A stretch of 64,000 nt of DNA, taken from the NCBI GenBank assembly GCA_004431415.1, contig QPMI01000195.1, forward strand, positions 143,790 through 207,789. Direction: 5' to 3'. Positions 46,145-58,429 of this stretch are shown piece by piece. Position 1 is the stretch's first letter. Each line of letters starts with the position of its first letter. A program made the position numbers and the translations under genes. The notes beneath the pieces were generated by a model, which did not search any database, was not told the DNA's origin, and saw only the letters and a program-made list of their open reading frames with translations. This stretch comes from Cyanophora paradoxa CCMP329. Taxonomy: Eukaryota; Plantae; Glaucophyta.

Positions 46145-47405
46145 ATATGACATCCCCAAATTATGTCGTCACGAAACTTTCAGGCTTAACTTGTATGTGG
46201 CGGTAAATTGGGGGGTACGACTAAGCACGCCCTATTATGCCGTCCCCGAATTATGTCGGGCCATTGTCGGCATGTCAAGTTTTCGGCGACATAATTTGGG
46301 GACGACATAATAAAGTGCAGACCTTAATATTGTGTTTTACGGCAGGGCGGGGAGTCGGGGACTTGCCGAACTCTTGGCCCAGTACTAGTACAAGTGGCCA
46401 ATGGCCATGGCCGGAATTCTGGCCGAAAATGGCACGAAATCCGAGTTCGGCCGTTTCGGCGCTCCAAAAACACCGAATTTCGGAAATATTTTTAATTCGG
46501 CAACCCTAACTCCAGGTTTTCAATGATTCAACAGCGGTTAGCGGTTCGACCGCCGCGCTCACTTGTAATTATAAAGAGGGAATCAAAAGACTGGTCCGAT
46601 ATGAGACCCAGAGCCACGAGTACTGTAGAATTCACAGTAGAAATGCTTAAATTGCCGCGTAGTTAAATTGCCGAATTCGACCAAAACCGGAATTGCCGTG
46701 GCGATAAATTGCCGAAACTCTCTACTGTTTCTTCTATATGCCATGAATGAGCCAATATTAATACCGCGCCATACAAAAGCGGCCTGACGGGCCACTGACG
46801 GCCCGTGAGGGCCGCGGCCGTGACTCCCCGGAGTCCGTGAGGTCCGTGACTGACGATCGCGAGCCCGACGCGAGGCCAACAACCAAGTTGAACCTTCAAG
46901 GGTTTGAAGTTTAATTTGAACCTTTGACTCTTTGAGACTAACACAAAATTATGACAGGCAAATTTATGTCGTTATCATATTGTATAAAACCTGAGCCTTC
47001 TCTATGCGAAATATGACGTCCCAAATTATGTCGGCATGAAAGTTTCAGGCTTGTACGTATCAGGCGGTAAATTAGGGGGATACCACTTAGCATGCCCTAC
47101 TATGACGGCCGGCGCCCCAAATTATGTCGTTGTGTCAAGTTTTCGGCGACATAATTTGGGGATGATATAATAAAGAACAGACCTTAATATTCTGCATTAC
47201 GGTACTACATATATGCCGTCCCTAAATTATGTCGGCATGAAAGTTTCAGGCTTGTACGTATCGATATCGGGCGGTAAATTAGGGGGATACCACTTAGCAT
47301 GCCCTACTATGACGGCCCGTCGGCCCCAAATTATGTCGTTGTGTCAAGTTTTCGGCGACATAATTTGGGGATGACATAATAAAGTACAGACCTTAATATT
47401 CTGCA
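46145..47405. repeat. Three copies of a ~190-bp fold-back (MITE-like) unit (46145-46331, 47010-47191, 47210-47400)
   Basis: Each copy has CCCAAATTATGTCG...CGACATAATTTGGG inverted arms and ends in AGACCTTAATATT. Confidence 0.75.
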
Positions 47406-50108
47406 TTAACATTCATTATTCATATATGCCGTCACGGCGTAGGCCGCGTAGCCGGTCATTCACCAAAAAAATGCTTTGCAAAGTACTTCTTGGCCTGAAT
47501 CTTGGGTAGCCGGTAATTCAACAAAAAATGCTTTGCAAAGTACCGGCCACGGTACTTCTCAAGCCTACTATATAGCTAGTAGTTGGTAGTAACTTGGTAC
47601 TTGCAATTGTTGCCGCAGTGCCTGACACTGCGCATGCCTGTACGTACATGTCGGTCCATTGTCGGACCAGTGTCGGTGCTGTCCGAGCTCTCGAGCTAGT
47701 CTGAGACGTTCCGGCTACCGTAGTACGTAGCCTATTGGATAGGATGCTCGCCTTTCGTGAATCGTGACACTAGTAGTAGGCTACTAGTAGCTATAGTCTA
47801 GTACTGAGTCCTACTGACTACCGTAGTACCACCGTGGCACTGAGTATACGTACTCATGAATCATGATCAGTAGTACTGCAGGCTGAATGCGCAGGCTGCC
47901 GGCAGCCTGCCGCAGTGCAGCTGCTGCCGCATGCGCAGTGCATGCTCAAAGCATTCAGTCAGCCCCCCGGCTGACCCATATCATAGTATGTGACTCTTCC
48001 AGTTAGCCCCCTAACTGCGATCATGACTGAATCAGTACCAGTCAACCCGAGCCTCCCGAGGTTCAGTCAGGCTACCGCGCAAAAAACTTATTAAAATTAA
48101 ATGACCCGGATATGACCCAGATGCGATCCATCTAAGTTGCCAATTGCAAGCACAGTGCGCGGGCAGTTGAGGGCCGGGAGATTAGGCGAGCAAAGAACAC
48201 TGGAGAAAGGAATTCGGTCCCCGCGCCGCGCCATGCAGGTGTCAGATGCCGTTAGCCTCGTTAGCGCGGGCGGTTTTCTTCAGATTTCGTTTCCGGAGGA
48301 AAGACGACAGAAGATCCTTTTTAGGTCGATCCACATCAAGCTTCAGATGGGAAAAGCCCACAGGGGGGCACGCTCCCAGCAGGGTTTTGTATGGGACTGA
48401 GAGAACGTCAGTCAGCCAATGGCTGACTAGTACTGAGGTAGGTCAGTCAGACCCTCTGACTGAGACTGTCAGTGACTAACACTGACTATGCGGATACTAC
48501 CGGTATGATGGCTCACTACCGTAGTAGTAGTACAGGCTGCAGGCTGCAGTCTGCTGCTGTCTGCAGATGCCCGTTAGGCTGGCTGCAGCCTTCAGGAACT
48601 TGGAGCTCAGGTGACTCAGCTAAGAGTCCGCTTTCTACTTGGCAAGTACTGTACTAGTGGTTGAAGGCGTCACGGCGTGTCACCGGCGGCCGCGGCCCGC
48701 GGGCGCCGGGCGCCGCCGGCCCGCGGCGACTCACCGCAATCGTCTGAATTAATCGCACTTCTATCGACTTTTCTAGAAAGTCAACAGACTCAACACCGCC
48801 GGACCGTCCGACGGTCGGACGAAAGCGCACTTTTCTGCATCCTACTTTGATTCCTACAGAACTTATAAAACATCTGGCGGGAATCATATCATCCTACACA
48901 CAAGCAGGGGGGCAAGCCCCCCGCAGTGGCCCGCATCCCCCCATTTAATAATTTTTCTGATGTCTTCTGATATCGATGCATATGTCGATTAATTAATATA
49001 AGTTGGTGTCGGACCCACTGTCGGTGCCTTTTAACAATGAATCGCAAATCTCGCGAATCATTGAATAACCTTGCACGCGAACTCTGGATCCAGGCTCATC
49101 CAGCTGCAGTCTCTGTCTCAGACTGTCTGACTCAGTGAGCGTGAAACGCGCATCAATTGCAATTCGAATTCAATGAATTATATACCTAGTCCTGAATTTG
49201 CAGCCAACGGCTCAATTTGTATATACCCCTTCATATGCCGCCTCGTCAAATCCGTTTCCCTGCGGCCACGACCGGGATTGCCCGCCGGAACGAGTTGGAG
49301 ACAACCGGGAAAGGCCTCCTCTACGCGCTCGAGCTAGCGGCGAGCCCGTAGCTAGCCCGGTTGCCGAGAACGGGGACATACATCGTGCATATGCAAGTCC
49401 ATGCATGTCGGCGGAGCGCGCCGCCGGACACCCGAAAATGAGCGCGGATGCGGTTTTCAACTCCCGACCGCGCGCGAGGCCTTAACTCGCGCTGGCATTC
49501 GAATTCGGGCCGCGTTCGAACCGCGGATCCAAAAAAACCCGCGGGGGGTATACGCAACGGGGGCCCACGGCTGCTCGTAAAGCGCAGTCTGCAGGTGCAG
49601 CGCACATCAGACGCAGTCGTGAGGCCGCAGCACAGTTCTGTTGCCTTTCGGGACCGGACGCCGGTCGGGAGACAACGCCTTCAGGTGAATTCCTCGAGCT
49701 CTGCGCCCGCGGCTGACATCGCGCCCGCACCGCGGCTCGCAACATCGGTCATCACGCTTATTCACGCGCCGCGGTCTTGCGCCGCGTTCACGGACCGCGC
49801 AGAGCTTGAACACTCCCATCGCGCGCCTCTGGCTCGCTGGCCGGCCTGGATAGACGATCGGCTCCTTGAAGCATCAGAGGATGTACGCTATTGCTTGGAT
49901 GGCTCTGCGCTGGCCGCCCTGACCGCGCTGGCCGCAGTGGGACGTCCGATTCAGGCGAACTGAAAAAGCTCGCCCTGCCTGGGGCTATCAATGCCCCCCG
50001 GACGGCAAGTGCTCACTTGAAGACTGTCTTCTTCACATCGTGCATGGTGCGCTCGCCCCGCCCGGCAGGTTCACTTGAAGTCTCACGGGTTCCTTCACAG
50101 ACGGCGGA

Positions 50109-50675
50109 CCTCGCTCTTTGGGCCAGGTGAGCCGGCGGCGCGGCCGGACGGCTCTCGCGTCGATCTCTGAGATATTCACCCGCAGATGCCCTCCGTAGCG
50201 CGCGCTCGCAGCCCGCGGGGCGCCCAAGCGCATCGAGAGCTCGGGGCTCGTCCGGCGGGCCTCGCTCTTTGGGCCAGGTGAGCCGGCGGCGCGGCCGGAC
50301 GGCTCTCGCAACGATCTCTGAGATATTCACCCGCAGATGCCCTCCGTAGCGCGCGCTCGCAGCCCGCGGGGCGCCCAAGCGCATCGAGAGCTCGGGGCTC
50401 GTCCGGCGGGCCTCGCTCTTTGGGCCAGGTGAGCCGGCGGCGCGGCCGGACGGCTCTCGCGTCGATCTCTGAGATATCCGCTCGCAGATGCCCTCCGTAG
50501 CGCGCGCCTGCAGCCCGCGGGGCGCCGAAGCGGATCGAGAGCTCGGGGCTCGTCCGGCGGGCCTCGCTCTTTGGGCCAGGTGAGCCGGCGGCGCGGCCGG
50601 ACGGCTCTCGCAACTATCTCTGAGATGTCCGCCCGCAGATGTCCGCGGGGCGCAGTCCGCGAGAGCTCGGGGCTT
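50109..50675. repeat. 151-bp tandem repeat, ~3.7 copies
   Basis: CCTCGCTCTTTGGGCCAGGTGAGCCGG starts at 50109, 50260, 50411 and 50562. Confidence 0.9.
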
Positions 50676-51381
50676 GTGCTCTCCAGGATTCAGGGACTTA
50701 GTGCAGGATCTGATCCCATTCCCCACCTTCTTCCCCGTGAATTTGGATTTCTTCCCCTTCGTAATTTCTTGCTCATCGATTCGAAATGATACTCATGCTT
50801 TTTTTTTCCATCAACTTGTTCCTGATGCCACATCCCCCCGGGTCCAGACCCACCCCTCACGAGCCCCACCCCCTACGCCTCGGGAAAATCTGTGTCGAAG
50901 GCCCCACATGCTATGACAGGGCGTAGGGACTTTGAGAACCTGGTTGTAAGTGCGATATTTGCACTGCTGTTTGTAATATATAGTAATATATATATATTGT
51001 GAAGGGCAGGTGCTTTGCGCTACCTATGCGTACGTATTCGGGGGGTTCGCCCCATCGCAGTTTCTCAGAAAAATGCCAGACTTTTTCTGGGCACTGCGGC
51101 CTCGCTTTGTCTTCAAATTTGAATAGCCTCGCTACTTCGAAGTTCGAATTCAGGAGGCGGGCGCTTCGAGCTTTCGAAATATTCTGCAATCTGAGCGGGA
51201 ATCTCCTGGCTGAAATCTCCTGTTCCTTGACCATCTGTAGATGCGAGATTAATTGCTAACAAGTCACGGCCCACGACGTCCTGAGGCAAGCTAAGACTAT
51301 ACCAACTTCGCAATATAAAGACTCCGGACCCCAAAGAATGCGACGGGCGCGACATCAGCTCGGCGCCGCTACGGGCTAAGC

Positions 51382-54300
51382 CTACGCCTCGGCGGAGGCG
51401 AGCGCGGCGCGGACGCCGGCGAGCGCCTGCGCCGCGTCGGCGAGCGCCGCCGCGCGCCGCAGGGCCGCCACCGCCGCCCGCAGGCGGTCCCGCTCCGCCC
51501 GCACCTCCGCCGCCGCCGCCGCTGCCGCCGACTCCTCGGACCCGCCCTGCGAGCGGTGAGACGCTCTTTCCTTCAACCTCGAGCTCCTGGCGCGCGCACC
51601 GAGCCGGTGCCGGCGGCGGCGGCGACGCGCGCGGCGATCCGCGCGAGCTGCTCCTCGAGCGCGGCAACGCCCGCCGCAAGCGCGTCCTCCTCCGCCGGCG
51701 CCGGCGCCGCCTGCCGCGGGGCGCGTCAGAGGGGCGGAAGGGCGCGTCGCGCGCGGGGCCCACCGGCGCCGGCGCCTCCTCTTCCTTCTCCGCCTCCTCG
51801 GTCTCCTTCGTGTCGAGCGCCCGCCGCAGCGTCTCGATCACCGACTGGCGCCGCGCCCACGTCAGGGAAAAAAGAAGGGGGGGGGGAAGAAGGGAAAAAA
51901 GAGACAGAAAGGATGGGGGGGGGGGGGGGAAGGACCTCGCGGTCGGCGAGCTCGCCGCGGAGCTGCCGCGCCTGCGCCTTCAGCTTACCGAGCTCGACCT
52001 GTACCCCCGGGCCCCGCCCGGCTCCGCTCAGCACAGCTCGAGGCCGAGCGGAGGCGAAGGCGGGGCGGGGACCTGCGAGGCGGTGCAGGTGACGCAGCGC
52101 AAGGACTGGCCCATCGGCCCCGCGTCCGACGAGCGCCGCCGCCCCGCCCGCGCCTGCCAGGGCCCCGGCCCTCGTCAGCGCTCGTTGTAATCATCCCGCG
52201 GTCAATTAAGATCGTGAAACAGAAAAGAAGAAGAAGATGATGAAGAAATTCAAAGCAATCTAGATCTTCTCTTAAATGTTATCCTGCGGTCCGTACGCGT
52301 TCCCCCCACCGGCCGCACCTGGCGCTTGAGGGCCTCCACCTCGTCCTCCAGCGCCGCGAGCCGCTGCGGCGAGCGCGGGGCGGGTCGCGTCGGGTCGGGT
52401 CGCGTCGGGCGGGGACAGGGCGGGCGGGGCCAGGGCGGGCGCGGGCCGGCGGCGGCTAAAGATCTAGACATACATGTCTACGGCGCGTCGGGCGGGGGCA
52501 GAGCGGGCGGGGCCAGGGCGGGCGCGGGCCGGCGGCGGCTGTTTACGGCGTCTTTGCATCATCATAAAAGCGGGGCTCGGATTTGTATGAGATAGATCAC
52601 GCATACTAAAGACGTTTATATGTTTACGGCGCCTTTGCATCGCCATAGAAGCGGGGCTCGAATTTTATAATAAGATCAGACAGGGCGGACCTCGCGGTCC
52701 CTTTGGAGGGCGGCGACCTCAGCCTCCAGCGCCGCCTGCTTCTGCGGGCGCGGCGGGGGCGGCTCGGGCGGGGGCGCGGGCGAGCTCGAAACCAGAGGGG
52801 GATTCCCTCAAGGGGGATCTCTCGCGGTGCCTATAGTTGCTATGTCGTGGGGCGGGCATTGGTGGGTTTTATCGCATCGGGCTCGGCCACACTGAAACGT
52901 GGCATCGTGGCATCTTGTGGGGCGGGCATTGGGTTTTATTGCGGTTATATTGCGGTTTTATTGCGGGCATTGCTTAGACGTCGGGGTTTTGGGCTCGGCT
53001 ACACTGTAACGCTGGGGCCGACCTCGTGCTCGGCGGCGAGGCCGGCGAGGAGCTTGCGCAGCCGCTCGGCGAGCGGGCCGCCCCCGGGCACCTCCATCGC
53101 GTCCAGCAGCGCCTGCGGGGATCAGATCAGATCGCTCAGATCAGATCGGATCGGATCGGATCGGATCGGATGCGATACGAGGAAGCGGACCTCGGCGCCT
53201 TCGAGCTGTCTCGAGAGCTCGCCGATGGTGCGCGCCGCGGCGGCCTCGGCGGCCGCGGCCGCCCCGCGGGCCGCGTCCAGCGCCCGGCGCAGCTCGTCCG
53301 CCCCCGCCCCGCGGGCCTCTGCCTCGGCGCAGCGCGAGTGGAGCGCCCGTATCTCCGAGTGCAGAGAATCCATCTCGCTCGCCGCCTCTGAGGCGTGGGC
53401 GGCGGCAGCTGCGGCGTCGGCCGCCGCCGACGCTTCCAGCTCCGCGCACCGCGCCCGCAGCGCCTCGGCCTTCGACCGCGCCGCCTCCAGCGCGCTGGAC
53501 GCCTCCGCGGCCCGCGCCCGGGACTCCTCGCCCTCAGCGGACCCGGCCTCGAGCGCCTCGACCTTCGCAGCCAGCGTCTCACGCTCCGCCGCCAGCGTTT
53601 CGCGCTCCGCCGCCAGCTCCTCGGACCGCGCCCGCGCCGCCTCCAGCTCGGCCGACTGCTCGGCCACGCGCGCCTCCAGCGCCGCCGCCGCCGCCGCCGC
53701 CGCGCCCAGCTCCGCCACGCGCGCCTCCAGCGCCGCCTTCTCGGCCTCCAGCGCACGGGCGCGGCCCTCCGCCTCCTCGGCGCGGCTCTCGGCCTCTGCC
53801 CGCGCCTGCGCCGCTTCCAGCTCCGCCCCGAGGTCGGCGTCCCGCGACCGCGTCGACGCCGCGTCCGCCGCCGCCGCAAGCGCACTCTCCAGCTCGGCGG
53901 TCCGCTCCGTCAGCGCCGCCAGCTCCTCCCCGAGGCCCGCCGCTGCCGCAGCCCGCCGCTCGTGCTCGCGCGCCGCCTCCTCGGCCTCCCGCCGCCGCTC
54001 GGCCCGCGCCGCCGCCAGCTCCGCCTCGAGCGCCTCCACGCGCGCCTCGGACCGCGCCAGCTCCGCCTCCCGCTCCGCCAGCGCCGCCCGGCTCGACGCC
54101 GCCGACGTCTGCAGCGCCGCCACAACAGCGTCCGTCTCGTCGCTGCCGACGGACTGCCGCGCGGCCTCTGCAGCTGCGGCCGAAGCCGCCGCCACCGCCA
54201 CCGCCGCCGACGCTTCCAGTTCCGTGCACCGCGCCCGCAGCGCCTCGGCCTCAGACCGCGCCGCCTCCAGCGCCCCAGCCGTCTCCGCGGCCCGCGCTCG

Positions 54301-57300
54301 GATTCCTCGCTCTCAGCAGACGCCTTCTCGACCTTCGCCGCCAGCGTTTCGCGCTCTGCCGCCAGCGTTTCGCCCTCTGCCGCCAGCGTCTCGCGCTCCG
54401 CCGCCAGCTCCTCGGACCGCGCCCGCGCCGCCTCCAGCTCGGCCGACTGCTCGGCCACGCGCGCCTCCAGCGCCACCGCCTCCGCCGCCGCCGCGCCCAG
54501 CTCCGCCACGCGCGCCTCCAGCGCCGCCTTCTCGGCCTCCAGCGCACGGGCCCGGCCCTCCGCCTCCTCAGCCCGGCTCTCGGCCTCTGCCCGCGCCTGC
54601 GCCGCTTCCAGCTCCGCCCCGAGGTCGGCGTCCCGCGACCGCGTCGACGCCGCGTCCGCCGCCGCCGCAAGCGCACTCTCCAGCTCGGCGGTCCGCTCCG
54701 TCAGCGCCGCCAGCTCCTCCCCGAGGCCCGCCGCCGCCGCAGCCCGCCGCTCGTGCTCGCGCGCCGCCTCCTCGACCTCCCGCCGCTGCTCGGCCCGCGC
54801 CGCCGCCAGCTCCGCCTCGAGCGCCTCCACGCGCGCCTCGGCCCGCGCCAGCTCCGCCTCCCGCTCCGCCAGCGCCGCCCGGCTCGACGCCGCGGACGTC
54901 TGCAGCGCCGCCACAACAGCGTCCGTCTCGTCGCTGCCGACGGACTGCCGCGCGGCCTCTGCAGCTGCGGCCGAAGCCGCCGCCACCGCCACCGCCGCCG
55001 ACGCTTCCAGCTCCGTGCACCGCGTCCGCAGCGCCTCGGCCTGAGACCGCGCCGCCTCCAGCGCGCTGGACGCCTCCGCGGCCCGCGCCCGGGATTCCTC
55101 GCCCTCAGCGGACCCGGCCTCGAGCTTCGCAGCCAGCGTCTCGCGCTCCGCCGCCAGCGTCTCGCGCTCCGCCGCCAGCGTCTCGCGCTCCGCCGCCAGC
55201 TCCTCGGACCGCGCCCGCGCCGCCTCCAGCTCGGCCGACTGCTTGGCCACGCGCGCCTCCAGCGCCGCGCCGTCGCCGCCGCCGCCGCGCCAGCTCCGCC
55301 ACGCGCGCCTCCAGCGCCGCCTTCTCGGCCTCCAGCGCACGGGCCCGGCCCTCCGCCTCCTCGGCGCGGCTCTCGGCCTCTGCCCGCGCCTGCGCCGCTT
55401 CCAGCTCCGCCCGAGGTCGGCGTCCCGCGACCGCCTCTCCGGCTCGGCCCTCTCGGCGCTCTCGAGCTCCTCCACCCGCGCCGTCAGCGCCGCCAGCTCC
55501 TCCCGAGGCCCGCCGCCGCCGGAGCCCGCCGCTCGTGCTCGCGCGCCGCCTCCTCGGCCTCCCGCCGCTGCTCGGCCCGCGCCGCCGCCAGCTCCGCCTC
55601 GAGCGCCTCCACGCGCGCCTCGGCCCGCGCCAGCTCCGCCTCCCGCTCCGCCAGCGCCGCCCGGCTCGACGCCGCCGACGTCTGCAGCGCCGCCACAACA
55701 GCGTCCGTCTCGTCGCTGCCGACGGACTGCCGCGCGGCCTCTGCAGCTGCAGCCGAAGCCGCCGCCACCGCCACCGCCGCCGACGCTTCCAGCTCCGTGC
55801 ACCGTGCCCGCAGCGCCTCGGCCTCAGACCGCGCCGCCTCCAGCGCGCTGGACGCCTCCGCGGCCCGCGCCCGGGATTCCTCGCTCTCAGCAGACGCCTT
55901 CTCGACCTTCGCAGCCAGTGTCTCGCGCTCCGCCGCCAGCGTCTCGCGCTCCGCCGCCAGCTCCTCGGACCGCGCCCGCGCCGCCTCCAGCTCGGCCGAC
56001 TGCTCGGCCACGCGCGCCTCCAGCGCCACCGCCTCCGCCGCCGCCGCGCCCAGCTCCGCCACGCGCGCCTCCAGCGCCGCCTTCTCGGCCTCCAGCGCAC
56101 GGGCCCGGCCCTCCGCCTCCTCGGCCCGGCTCTCGGCCTCTGCCCGCGCCTGCGCCGCTTCCAGCTTCGCCCGAGGTCGGCATCCCGCGACCGCGTCTCC
56201 GGCTCGGCCCTCTCGGCGCTCTCGAGCTCCTCCACCCGCGCCGTCAGCGCCGCCAGCTCCTCCCCGAGGCCCGCCGCCGCCGCAGCCCGCCGCTCGTGCT
56301 CGCACGCCGCCTCCTCGGCCTCCCGCCGCTGCTCGGCCCGCGCCGCCGCCAGCTCCGCCTCGAGCGCCTCCACGCGCGCCTCGGCCCGCGCCAGCTCCGC
56401 CTCCCGCTCCGCCAGCGCCGCCCGGCTCGACGCCGCCGACGTCTGCAGCGTCGCCACGACAGCGTCCGTCTCGTCGCTGCCCAGCGATGCGTCCCGCTCG
56501 CCGGCCTCCGTCGCTGGCGCCGTCGCCGCCGCCGCTGCCGCCGCTGCGGCCGCCACCACGGCCGACGCCGACGCTTCCAGCTCCGCGCACCGCGCCCGCA
56601 GCGCCTCGGCCTCTGCCCGCGCCGCCTCCAGCGCGCTGGACGCCTCCGCGGCCCGCGCCCGGGATTCCTCGCCCTCAGCGGACCCGGCCTCGAGCGCCTC
56701 GACCTTCGCCGCCAGCGTCTCGCGCTCCGCCGCCAGCGTTTCGCGCTCCGCCGCCAGCTCCTCGGACCGCACCCGCGCCGCCTCCAGCTCGGCCGACTGC
56801 TCGGCCACGCGCGCCTCCAGCGCCGCCGCCGCCGCCGCCGCCGCGCCCAGCTCCGCCACGCGCGCCTCCAGGGTCGCCTTCTCGGCCTCCAGCGCACGGG
56901 CCCGGCCCTCCGCCTCCTCGGCGCGGCTCTCGGCCTCTGCCCGCGCCTGCGCCGCTTCCAGCTTCGCCCCGAGGTCGGCATCCGCAACTGCGTCTCCGGC
57001 TCGGCCTTCTCGGCGCTCTCGAGCTCCTCCACCCGCGCCGTCAGCGCCGCCAGCTCCTCCCCGAGGCCCGCCGCCGCCGCAGCCCGCCGCTCGTGCTCGC
57101 GCGCCGCCTCCTCGGCCTCCCGCCGCTGCTCGGCCCGCGCCGCCGCCAGCTCCGCCTCGAGCGCCTCCACGCGCGCCTCGGCCCGCGCCAGCTCCGCCTC
57201 CCGCTCCGCCAGCGCCGCCCGGCTCGACGCCGCCGACGTCTGCAGCGCCGCCACAACAGCGTCCGTCTCGTCGCTGCCGACGGACTGCCGCGCGGCCTCT

Positions 57301-58397
57301 GCAGCTGCGGCCGAAGCCGCCGCCACCGCCACCGCCGCCGACGCTTCCAGTTCCGTGCACCGCGCCCGCAGCGCCTCGGCCTCAGACCGCGCCGCCTCCA
57401 GCGCCCCAGCCGTCTCCGCGGCCCGCGCTCGGGATTCCTCGCTCTCAGCAGACGCCTTCTCGACCTTCGCCGCCAGCGTTTCGCGCTCTGCCGCCAGCGT
57501 TTCGCCCTCTGCCGCCAGCGTTTCGCGCTCCGCCGCCAGCTCCTCGGACCGCGCCCGCGCCGCCTCCAGCTCGGCCGACTGCTCGGCCACGCGCGCCTCC
57601 AGCGCCACCGCCTCCGCCGCCGCCGCGCCCAGCTCCGCCACGCGCGCCTCCAGCGCCGCCTTCTCGGCCTCCAGCGCACGGGCCCGGCCCTCCGCCTCCT
57701 CAGCCCGGCTCTCGGCCTCTGCCCGCGCCTGCGCCGCTTCCAGCTCCGCCCCGAGGTCGGCGTCCCGCGACCGCGTCGACGCCGCGTCCGCCGCCGCCGC
57801 AAGCGCACTCTCCAGCTCGGCGGTCCGCTCCGTCAGCGCCGCCAGCTCCTCCCCGAGGCCCGCCGCCGCCGCAGCCCGCCGCTCGTGCTCGCGCGCCGCC
57901 TCCTCGGCCTCCCGCCGCTGCTCGCCCGCGCCGCCGCCAGCTCCGCCTCGAGCGCCTCCACGCGCGCCTCGGCCCGCGCCAGCTCCGCCTCCCGCTCCGC
58001 CAGCGCCGCCCGGCTCGACGCCGCCGACGTCTGCAGCGCCGCCACGACAGCGTCCGTCTCGTCGCTGCCCAGCGATGCGTCCCGCTCGCCGCCTCCGTCG
58101 CTGGCGCCGCCGCCGCCGCCGCAGCCGCCGCTGCCGCCGCCACCGCGGCCGACGCCGACGCTTCCAGCTCCGTGCACCGTGCCCGCAGCGCCTCGGCCTC
58201 AGACCGCGCCGCCTCCAGCGCGCTGGACGCCTCCGCGGCCCGCGCCCGGGATTCCTCGCTCTCAGCAGACGCCTTCTCGACCTTCGCAGCCAGCGTCTCG
58301 CGCTCCGCCGCCAGCGGCTCGCGCTCCGCCGCCAGCTCCTCGGACCGCGCCCGCGCCGCCTCCAGCTCGGCCGACTGCTCGGCCACGCGCGCCTCCA

Positions 58398-58429
<32 letters not shown>

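Noticed and set aside
46343-46508. hAT-like element (CAGGGCG...CAACCCTA)
   Set aside because: The ends match poorly and there is no 8-bp TSD.
49200-50100. Possible spliced plus-strand gene
   Set aside because: Some GT/AG sites are present, but there is no coherent frame or recognisable motif.
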